A stretch of DNA of 60,593 nucleotides from Macrostomum lignano (Eukaryota): positions 1 to 60,593 of the forward strand of contig NIVC01004102.1 of NCBI GenBank assembly GCA_002269645.1. The letters run 5' to 3'. How positions within the stretch are numbered: the first letter of the stretch is position 1; each line of letters begins with the position of its first letter. The position numbers and the translations under genes are program-made. This document shows, one piece after another, positions 48,040-60,593 of the stretch. The notes beneath the pieces were generated by a model. That model saw nothing but the letters and a program-made list of their open reading frames with translations. It ran no database searches and was not told the DNA's origin.

Positions 48040-51000
48040 TCACTTAGAGACACACACAAAGACACTCACTACATACACTAGGACACATACTAAGACACAC
48101 AAGAAGACACATACTAAGATAGACACTAATAAAGAGACTGAAACGAACACTAAGACAGACACTAGGACACACACTAAGACACACAAGAAGACACATACTA
48201 AGATAGACACTAGAACAGACACCAAAACCCTAGGACAGACACTAAGACACTAGGACAGACACTAAGATACTTGGACAGACACTATGACACTAAGACACTA
48301 GGACAGACACTAAGATACTAGGACAGACACTAAGATACTAGGACAGACACTAAGACACTAGGACAGACACTAAGATACTAGGACAGACACTAAGATACTA
48401 GGACAGACACTAAGACACTAGGACAGACACTAAGATACTAGGACAGACACTAAGACACTAGGACAGACACTAAGACACTAGGACAGACACTAAGACACTA
48501 GGACAGACACTAAGACACTAAGACACTAGGACAGACACTAAGATACTAGGACAGACACTAAGACACTAGGACAGACACTAAGACACTAAGATACTAGGAC
48601 AGACACTAAGATACTAGGACAGACACTAAGACACTAGGACAGACACTAAGACACTAGGACAGACACTAAGACACTAAGATACTAGGACAGACACTAAGAC
48701 ACTAGGACAGACACTAAGACACTAAGATACTAGGACAGACACTAAGACACTAGGACAGACACTAAGACACTAGGACAGACACTAAGATACTAGGACAGAA
48801 ACTAAGACACTAGGACAGACACTAAGATACTAGGACAGACACTAAGACACTAGGACAGACACTAAGATACTAGGACAGACACTAAGACACTAAGATACTA
48901 GGACAGACACTAAGATACTAGGACAGACACTAAGACACTAAGATACTAGGACAGACACTAAGATACTAGGACAGACACTAAGACACTAGGACAGACACTA
49001 AGACACTAGGACAGACACTAAGACACTAAGATACTAGGACAGACACTAAGACACTAGGACAGACACTAAGACACTAGGACAGACACTAAGATACTAGGAC
49101 AGACACTAAGACACTAGGACAGACACTAAGACACTAAGATACTAGGACAGACACTAAGACACTAGGAAAGACACTAAGACACTAGGACAGACACTAAGAT
49201 ACTAGGACAGACACTAAGACACTAGGACAGACACTAAGATACTAGGACAGACACTAAGACACTAAGATACTAGGACAGACACTAAGACACTAGGACAGAC
49301 ACAAAGACACTAAGATACTAGGACAGACACTAAGATACTAGGACAGACACTAAGACACTAGGACAGACACTAAGACACTAAGATACTAGGACAGACACTA
49401 AGACACTAGGACAGACACTAAGACACTAGGACAGACACTAAGATACTAGGACAGACACTAAGACACTAGGACAGACACTAAGACACTAAGATACTAGGAC
49501 AGACACTAAGATACTAGGACAGACACTAAGACACTAGGACAGACACTAAGACACTAAGATACTAGGACAGACACTAAGATACTAGGACAGACACTAAGAC
49601 ACTAGGACAGACACTAAGACACTAAGATACTAGGACAGACACTAAGACACTAAGATACTAGGACAGACACTAAGATACTAGGACAGACACTAAGATACTA
49701 GGACAGACACTAAGATACTAGGACAGACACTAAGATACTAGGACAGACACTAAGATACTAGGACAGACACTAAGACACTAGGACAGACACTAAGACACTA
49801 AGATACTAGGACAGACACTAAGACACTAAGATACTAGGACAGACACTAAGATACTAGGACAGACACTAAGACACTAGGACAGACACTAAGACACTAAGAT
49901 ACTAGGACAGACACTAAGACACTAAGATACTAGGACAGACACTAAGATACTAGGACAGACACTAAGATACTAGGACAGACACTAAGATACTAGGATAGAC
50001 ACTAAGACACTAAGATACTAGGACAGACACTAAGACACTAAGATACTAGGACAGACACTAAGATACTAGGACAGACACTAAGACACTAAGATACTAGGAC
50101 AGACACTAAGATACTAGGACAGACACTAAGATACTAGGACAGACACTAAGATACTAGGACAGACACTAAGATACTAGGACAGACACTAAGATACTAGGAC
50201 AGACACTAAGATACTAGGACAGACACTAAGACACTAGGACAGACACTAAGACACTAAGATACTAGGACAGACACTAAGATACTAGGACAGACACTAAGAC
50301 ACTAGGACAGACACTAAGACACTAAGATACTAGGACAGACACTAAGACACTAAGATACTAGGACAGACACTAAGACACTAGGACAGACACTAAGACACTA
50401 AGATACTAGGACAGACACTAAGACACTAGGACAGACACTAAGACACTAAGATACTAGGACAGACACTAAGACACTAAGATACTAGGACAGACACTAAGAT
50501 ACTAGGACAGACACTAAGATACTAGGACAGACACTAAGATACTAGGATAGACACTAAGACACTAAGATACTAGGACAGACACTAAGACACTAAGATACTA
50601 GGACAGACACTAAGATACTAGGACAGACACTAAGACACTAAGATACTAGGACAGACACTAAGACACTAAGATACTAGGACAGACACTAAGATACTAGGAC
50701 AGACACTAAGACACTAAGATACTAGGACAGACACTAAGATACTAGGACAGACACTAAGATACTAGGACAGACACTAAGATACTAGGACAGACACTAAGAT
50801 ACTAGGACAGACACTAAGACACTAGGACAGACACTAAGACACTAAGATACTAGGACAGACACTAAGACACTAAGATACTAGGACAGACACTAAGACACTA
50901 GGACAGACACTAAGACACTAAGATACTAGGACAGACACTAAGACACTAGGACAGACACTAAGACACTAAGATACTAGGACAGACACTAAGACACTAAGAT

Positions 51001-51727
51001 ACTAGGACAGACACTAAGATACTAGGACAGACACTAAGATACTAGGACAGACACTAAGATACTAGGATAGACACTAAGACACTAAGATACTAGGACAGAC
51101 ACTAAGACACTAAGATACTAGGACAGACACTAAGATACTAGGACAGACACTAAGACACTAAGATACTAGGACAGACACTAAGACACTAAGATACTAGGAC
51201 AGACACTAAGATACTAGGACAGACACTAAGACACTAAGATACTAGGACAGACACTAAGACACTAGGACAGACACTAAGACACTAAGATACTAGGACAGAC
51301 ACTAAGACACTAGGACAGACACTAAGACACTAAGATACTAGGACAGACACTAAGACACTAAGATACTAGGACAGACACTAAGATACTAGGACAGACACTA
51401 AGATACTAGGACAGACACTAAGATACTAGGACAGACACTAAGACACTAAGATACTAGGACAGACACTAAGACACTAGGACAGACACTAAGACACTAAGAC
51501 ACTAGGACAGACACTAAGACACTAGGACAGACACTAAGACACTAGGACACTAAGACACTAGGACAGACACTAAGACACTAAGACACTAGGACAGACACTA
51601 AGACACTAGGACAGACACTAAGACACTAGGACACTAAGACACTAGGACAGACACTAAGACACTAGGACAGACACTAAGACACTAGGACACTAAGACACTA
51701 GGACAGACACTAAGACACTAGGACAGA
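48040..51727. repeat. 3.7-kb modular 20/28-bp satellite (GGACAGACACTA + AGACACTA/AGATACTA modules)
   Basis: Directly visible; largest array in the window; no ORFs in the track. Confidence 0.97.
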
Positions 51728-52293
51728 TACATGACATGCAGTAGAAACAGTAATCTAAGGACAGCCTCTGGAGGTAGCATTTGGCTGCTTTAACTTCCTG
51801 TAGCCAAATTGAAGCATTTCCAAAAATAGTATGCGTTTGTGTTAAATTTAGTCATAGCAGGCCATTCCGGATTCTAAAACCGCAGACGAACGCTGCACTT
51901 ATTCCAGTCATAACCTTGTTTTAAAACACCTTGTGACCACCCCAGTCAAGTTTAAAAGATAATAAAGCACTGATAAAACTACCTTTCAATGACTGCAATA
52001 AGGTTGTGTGCTTTCGATGAGTTTGGTAATTCACAAACATGACTCAGAAGTTCGCTCTCTGGCAAATGCTTATCACCTGGCTGCTTCAGTCCTATTTTCT
52101 CAACATCCTTGTTTGTTTATCAGTCCCTTGTGTTGTAGAAAAGCACGCACAATGTGGCAAATGCATTTTGTATGCACAGGACTCAGTGTACACTGCCGAG
52201 TGCTTGTGCGCAGCTGCACAGTACACTGGAGAGTAGGGAGAGAGAGGGAGAGAGAGAGAGGGCAGAGAAAGAGAAGCCCCATCTGCCAAACAG

Positions 52294-52300
52294 TATAAAA
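52294..52300 (+). promoter_or_regulatory. TATA box (TATAAAA) of paralog F
   Basis: Followed by a candidate 5' UTR intron 52340-52392 (gtaagg ... pyrimidine tract ... ttgcag). Confidence 0.6.
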
Positions 52301-52596
52301 GGGAAGTTCCCTGGCTAACAGGGATTTCCAATTCTCCCAGTAAGGCAACGCGACTGTTTTTTTCGTTTTTCGTTTCCTATTTAATCTTGCAGTCTTCACC
52401 TGAGGCCCCTACGATCTTTGTCAGACAGAATCTTCCACAACCAAAGCCAAAACAATGAACGGGCCCTACGAGAACCTGATGCAAACATGCACGAGAACCC
52501 GGCCTGCGAATACTCCATAGAATCCTCGATTCCACAGGACTGTCGCAAAGTTCGCCAAGTGACGGCGACGGCGGCGGGTGCGGGCAGCGATGCCGA

Positions 52597-54494
<1,898 letters not shown>

Positions 54495-55837
54495 AAAATG
54501 GAAGCTGAGCGATGGGGCTCCGTTGATGTCGTGTAGCAGCTGTACACGCAAATAATTGACCAATGAAACTTTTAAATGTGGAAAGCTTGCAGCCTAATTA
54601 TTGTCTGTTTGCATGGATTCTAGATACTAAAATAGATGGGCCACTCAAGTATATGTACTTTGTAAAACAGCTTTCTACTTTCAGTTCAATAGCAAAGAAG
54701 AATACATTAGCTGTTATATAAAAATAACGACTGATAAAGTTTAGAAGCCCAAGCGTGCAGGCACAAACAACTTGCTAATTGGTTCAGCAGTAATGTACAT
54801 TAGCCAGTCCACTGAAATGTACATGGCAGCTTTAGGCTGGAATTCCGAGAAAGGCAATAAAAATTAGGGCGGGGCGGCGGGGTAGTGTGGAAAGGCGCGG
54901 TTGGAGGGTTTAAGCCGGAGGGGGGGGGGTTAGAGCCAATAAATGAGTCTTGGCTTTAAAAATAGATTAAAATGCTTCTGCTAAACTAGCTACTGAACTG
55001 AAAGTAGTTTACACGCAAATGTGCTGAGTGCCCATCTAGTTATTCTAGTATCTGTGATTTTAGTCTGTTAGCCTACTGCCCATTATTTATTGCTTGCTTG
55101 TTATTCTCTCTTGTGTACAGAATGCCTGACTCATAAAATGTGATGTGCTGACACTAGCTCGTACTGGAATGTTAGCGCCGAAAAGAGTTGATCAATAGTC
55201 TTAACTTTTAGATTATGCTAATGTATTATAATTCTGTAGTCGAAGTTTTAATCTGGACCAACTTTTGTACTTTTATATTTCATTCAGCTGCTGTTCCCGT
55301 GTCTGTCCTGCGTAAAATATGTAAAGAAATACACATTCCGAAAACGTAACAAAGGACTATATATAAGTCACTTGAAGGAATTAAAAACAATTATTAATCT
55401 GCTTACCCATTGAGTGTCGCTTTGCAGATTATTTAATTTTTATTTTGCAGAGAAAGTAAAACTAATTAATGAAAATTAAAATAATTCAAATATTTATTAA
55501 GGCAATATAGTAGACATAGCTTAGCAGATAAACAGCTTCATTTGAACACCAACCCTGTTGAATTTTTTAATAAAACATGTGCAAAGCCGAGCCATTTTTG
55601 TGTCTTTTAAACTTCTATCAGCAGTAAAAAACAGAAAAAAGCATTAAAACTAATTCAGACTTCTGAGTGAAAAAGAAGCACGTTTCGAATCAGCCCTACA
55701 CAAGTCCATACAATCAGTTTGCAAACTAAAATTCGAAGCACCACTTCTAAGATCATGTACATCAGTAACAGGCGATTCCTTCACCACAGTCAGGCACCTA
55801 ACCCTCTCCCATACATGTAGGGGCAGACCTGCTTAGC

Positions 55838-56821
55838 GGCAGCCAGCAGTCACCCCAACCCCCATCGCAGCCAGCAGTCACCCACCCCCCATCGCAGCCA
55901 GCAGTTTCCCACCCCCCCTATCGCAGCTAGCAGTCACCCACCCACCATCGCAGCCAGCAGTCACCCACCCCCACCCCCATCGCAGCCAAGCAGTCACCCA
56001 CCCCCATCGCAGCCAGCAGTCACCCACCCCCATCGCAGCCAGCAGTCACCCACCCCCACCCCTATCGCAGCCAGCAGTCACCCACCCCCATCGCAGCCAG
56101 CAGTCACCCACCCCCACCCCCATCGCAGCCAAGCAGTCACCCACCCCCATCGCAGCCAGCAGTCACCCACCCCCCATCGCAGCCAGCACCCCCCCATCGC
56201 AGCCAGCAGTCACCCACCCCCCATCGCAACCAGCAGTCACCCACCCCCATCGCAGCCAGCAGTCACGCACCCCCATCGCAACCAGCAGTCACCCACCCCC
56301 ATCGCAGCCAGCAGTCACCCACCCCCATCGCAACCAGCAGTCACCCACCCCCCATCGCAGCCAGAAGTCACCCACCCCCCATCGCAGCCAGCAGTCACGC
56401 ACCCCATCGCAGCCAGCAGTAACCCACCCCCCATCGCAGCCAGCAGTCACCCACCCCCATCGCAGCCAGCAGTCACGCACCCCCCATCGCAGCCAGCAGT
56501 CACCCACCCCCATCGCAACCAGCAGTCACCCACCCCCCATCGCAGCCAGCAGTCACGCACCCCCATCGCAGCCAGCAGTCACCCACCCCCCCATCGCAGC
56601 CAGCAGTCACCCACCCCCATCGCAGCCAGCAGTCAACCACCCCCATCGCAGCCAGCAGTCACGCACCCCCCATCGCAGCCAGCAGTCACGCACCCCCATC
56701 GCAGCCAGCAGTCACCCACCCCCATCGCAGCCAGCAGTCACCCACCCCCATCGCAGCCAGCAGTCACGCACCCCCATCGCAGCCAGCAGTCACGCACCCC
56801 CATCGCAGCCAGCAGTCACCC
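55838..56821. repeat. About 26-bp C-rich minisatellite (CATCGCAGCCAGCAGTCACCCACCCC)
   Basis: Directly visible; variable C-run lengths; starts about 9 nt past the GT32 stop codon on the minus strand. Confidence 0.95.
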
Positions 56822-56829
56822 CTGCCCAG

Positions 56830-59800
56830 TCAAGCGAAGCACATTTTGGCAGCCAGCGGCGCGGCCTCCAGGTCCGATGGCGCCAGCGGTCCGGCGCCCC
56901 CATTATTTGGGCGGCCGTGCAGCAGTTCGCCAACTTGGAATCTTTTCAATGGCCGGCGCCGGTCCCGGTTAGCTGCCGCCGGGTAGCCCAGGTGAAGGAA
57001 CCGGTGAATTCCTAGGGTCTCGATGGTTAGCCACTGGTCTGCCTGCTGACTGTAGCCAGACTGGCTGAACTTTTTACAGGCGGTCAACTTCAAAGATATG
57101 GGATCCTCAAAGCCTGACGGCCTGTCATTCAGTTCCCGAGGCTGGTAGTGCTGTCGAAGGCGATACAGTCTGTGGAATACCGCCGGTCTTTTTGTCGGAT
57201 TCAGCAGGCGTTCTTTATTGGATGAAAAAACAGTGGCGAGATAAAAGTCAGATAAAAAAATTCTATGAAGTACACAGTGCCCTCTTTTCGTTATCAAATA
57301 AGCCATTAAGAAATCAGCTTTCAATCTGCTGTGCTATTTTTAGATCCGTAATGTGCGTTAGTCTTGATGTACCCGAGCTATTTTTAGACTATGGCAGAGT
57401 GGATCAATCTCTGACTGTGCGGTGTCAATGTACGCGAGCTATTTTTAGACTCTGGCTAAAGTGGATCAATCTCTGACTGTGCGGTGTCAATGTACGCGAG
57501 CTATTTTTAGACTCTGGCCAAAGTGGATCAATCTCTGACTGTGCGGTGTCAATGTACGCGAGCTATTTTTAGACTCTGGGCAAAGTGGATCAATCTCTGA
57601 CTGTGCGGTGTCAATGTACGCGAGCTATTTTTAGACTCTGGGCAAAGTGGATCAATCTCTGACTGTGCGGTGTCAATGTACGCGAGCTATTTTTAGACTC
57701 TGGGCAAAGCGCGGCGATTACATACGATTATTGTTGTTTTGTTTTACTGTAGTAGTTAATTAATTGGCTTTAGCACTTACCGCAGACGGAGTTCAGAAGT
57801 GCAGACATGTCCAGCAGAGGTGAAAACACACTCGGGCTCAGTAGTCGCAGTCGCTGACTCCCAATTTTGGCACCTCAGCAATGTACTGCTGGTACTGCTG
57901 TGTCAGGTAGAGAGGACCCGTTGAACTGATTATGTCGTCAACTGGTGAACGAGAAGCCAAGGTGAACATTTGACAGTCTCTCAGTCCACTGAGGTATATC
58001 TCAGCTAGCACTTCAAAAGCTATTTCATTACTTACCGTCCTTCTTTCGTGGTAAATTCTGAATCACTTTTGCTAGAAACGGGTGCTTCTTGACGCAGCCA
58101 ATGACCGAGTTCATCACCGAGTACTCAGTGCCGTGAAGGATTTGAGTCTGCTCTGGGCGCTCCTGATCGAAGAAGCAGGCCTCTGTTGCCACCAGAGTGT
58201 CGAACGGTTGAAGGCAGTGTACATCCATGTCGATGTACACTCCTGTTGACGGTGTTGTTAGGGGAGTGAGTCACTGCTCACTAGGATGTACATTCCAAAC
58301 ATTACACACTAGAGATGTACATTCCAAAAATTACACACTAGAGATGTACATTCCAAACATTACACACTAGAGATGTACATTTCAAATATTACAATAGAAT
58401 GTTGATACTTGGATTTATGGCCGCTACAACAAGCAATTTTTATGCATGCCATTGTTTTGGAGCAAGCAGCGTCTCAGGAACAATAGTTTGGGATTTCTTC
58501 CCCCTCAATTTTTCCCCTTCCATATGCTGCTGCGGATTAGAAAAAAATACCATCAATATTTCATGCGTCGAGAGAAGCAGGCCCCCATTTAGCTGCAGTG
58601 GCCCAGAGATGGCAGGGCTGGGGGGCTGCAGGACATTAATAGCTGAGAAATTTCAGACTTTCAGGAAATTTTTCCTGGCTTTTTCTCTTTCAGCAATATT
58701 TTTTGTTGCTGGAGATATTCCATCCCGTTGTCCAATGCAATGAGAGCTTGATTCAAATACTACGGCTAAAGTAGAGTTTATGATTTCCAGGAATAATTGG
58801 TGCCGCAGCAAAATGGACTCTTAGGAAATTCTTGCCAAAATAAATTGCTATAGGAAGATCCAAGTCAAAGTCTTCTATGGAAAATCCCTGTAGAAATCAT
58901 CTCTAACAATAACCTGAGGGAAATCCCTATGGAAATCCCCTGTGGGATATATTTTTTGATAAATCGGGAAACCCCTTGCGGGAAACCCCTTGCGGGAAAC
59001 CCCTTGCGGGAAACCCCTTGCGGGAAACCCCTTGCGGGAAACCCCTTGCGGGAAACCCCTTGCGGGAAACCCCTTGCGGAAACCCCTTGCGGGAAACCCC
59101 TTGCGGGAAACCCTTGCGGGAAACCCCTTGCGGGAAACCCCTTGCGGGAAACCCCTTGCGGGAAACCCCTTGCGGGAAACCCCTTGCGGGAAACCCCTTG
59201 CGGGAAACCCCTTGCGGGAAACCCCTTGCGGGAAACCCCTTGCGGGAAACCCCTTGCGGGAAACCCCTTGCGGAAACCCTTGCGGGAAACCCCTTGCGGG
59301 AAACCCTTGCGGGAAACCCCTTGCGGGAAACCCTTGCGGGAAACCCCTTGCGGGAAAACCCCTTGCGGGAAACCCCTTGCGGGAAACCCCTTGCGGGAAA
59401 CCCCTTGCGGGAAACCCCTTGCGGGAAACCCTTGCGGGAAACCCCTTGCGGGAAACCCCTTGCGGGAAACCCCTTGCGGGAAACCCATTGGGGGAAATCC
59501 CCTGTAGGAAATCCCTTGTGGGTACAGGAAGCTGTCAGCCCTAGAATTCAGTGCCGTCACCTCCAAAGTGGTACAGAATGAAGTAGCGCAGGGCATCGGA
59601 TCTCTGCAAGGTGTTCTTGTATCCGTCGAACATGGCCAGGTAGGCCGGGTAGTTTGCCGCTACAAATCTTCTCGCCTCAGTATCTGTCCAGAGCACGTAG
59701 ACAAAGTCCGGATGCCGACGAATGCAGGAGGCGATGGAGTGCCTGTACAGCTCTGGCACGCTGTCGCTGGTGTAGATCTGGTGCAGCAGCAGCGGTATCC

Positions 59801-60038
59801 GGCCGTCGCATCGGCTGCTCAAATTCAGTCGGCGAGGCCGGCTTGCTGCGGCCAGCTGGCGGATTCTCGCGTCAATTTGGGGGTCTCCGGTGAGCTGCAG
59901 CCAGGCCGGCTCCTCCCAGGTGAAGTAGATCCAGCCCCGGCCGACCGAGTACACGAATAGCAACAGCAGCAGCAGCAGCAGCAATGAGAGCAGAGGAGAG
60001 CAGCCCGAGCCGCGGCGCAGGCAGCGGAAGAGGCGCAT
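56830..60038 (-). CDS. GT32-family DXD glycosyltransferase, SUR1/CSG1 (MIPC synthase)-like, type II membrane, about 409 aa, 4 exons (60038-59561, 58242-58036, 57941-57781, 57212-56830)
   Basis: N-terminal anchor LLSLLLLLLLLLFVYSV; IPLLLHQIY; YVLWTD; QRSDALRYFILYHFG|GVYIDMD joined across a phase-1 intron; STGPLYLT; LLSPSVFSP; GIHRFLH. All introns phase 1. Exon 3 is 161 nt but needs 162 (missing base at the run 57860-57868). Confidence 0.88.
57362..57708. repeat. 62-bp tandem repeat, 5-6 copies, in GT32 intron 3
   Basis: GCGGTGTCAATGTACGCGAGCTATTTTTAGACTCTGG..AAAGTGGATCAATCTCTGACTGT. Confidence 0.92.
58286..58390. repeat. 29-bp tandem repeat x about 3.5 in GT32 intron 1
   Basis: GATGTACATTCCAAACATTACACACTAGA units. 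Confidence 0.85.
58965..59490. repeat. 14-bp satellite (GCGGGAAACCCCTT), about 38 copies, in GT32 intron 1
   Basis: Directly visible; occasional 1-bp indels. Confidence 0.97.
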
Positions 60039-60127
60039 GTCGACGGCTGGGGGCGCGCGGTCACTGCAGGAGCGCCTGCGGTTGGGGATGGGGAGGGCGT
60101 GGCGGATTCTGGTGGAGCACCGGCCTG

Positions 60128-60593
60128 ATGTGTCTGTAGATTTATTCACTGTGTCTGTAGATTTACTCACTGTGTCTGTAGATTTACTCATTGTGTCTGT
60201 AGATTTACTCATTGTGTCTGTAGATTTACTCACTGTGTCTGTAGATTTACTCATTGTGTCTGTAGATTTACTCATTGTGTCTGTAGATTTGCTCATTGTG
60301 ACTGTAGATTTACTCACAGTGTCTGTAGATTTACTCATTGTGTCTGTAGATTTACTCATTGTGTCTGTAGATTTACTCATTGTGTCTGTAGATTTACTCA
60401 TTGTGTCTGTAGATTTACTCATTGTGTCTGTAGATTTTCATTTTGCTGTAGATTTACTCATTGTGTCTGTAGATTTATTCATTGTGTCTGTAGATTTACT
60501 CATTGTGTCTGTAGATTTATTCATTGTGTCTGTAGATTTACTCATTGTGTCTGTAGATTTATTCATTGTGTCTGTAGATTTACTCATTGTGTC
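60128..60593. repeat. 21-bp satellite (TGTGTCTGTAGATTTACTCAT), running off the window end
   Basis: Directly visible; reads MSKSTDT on the minus strand. Confidence 0.95.

Overview
Eukaryotic, repeat-rich invertebrate genomic DNA: GC-rich exons, short GT-AG introns and about 22 distinct tandem arrays covering roughly 30% of the window (hand estimate). The style is compatible with a Macrostomum-type flatworm, but that is inference only. Manual splicing of the ORF track gives: (1) a tandem cluster of six TNF-superfamily ligand-like genes at 29.3-54.5 kb. Five are on the minus strand and one is divergent on the plus strand. Three have 2 introns, one has 3, and two are intronless. One appears to have swapped the type II membrane anchor for a signal peptide. 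(2) A roughly 1126-aa TASOR-like gene at 12.5-16.6 kb with a DUF3715 pseudo-PARP domain, a SPOC-like domain and an unexpected RS domain. (3) A 4-exon GT32 (SUR1/CSG1-like) glycosyltransferase at 56.8-60.0 kb. (4) A 2-exon degenerate RhoGAP-like gene with no arginine finger. (5) A 108-aa secreted orphan. (6) A low-complexity orphan ending in an EEGEI motif. There is also a tRNA-headed CORE-like SINE, several MITE-like inverted-repeat elements (one hosting a satellite) and a 14-bp satellite made of kappaB-consensus sites. Three genes each need one extra base at a short mononucleotide run, which points to long-read deletion errors. Most long ORFs in the track are satellite artefacts. There is no CRISPR array, rRNA or bona fide tRNA. 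All family assignments are by-eye motif recognition, not database searches.
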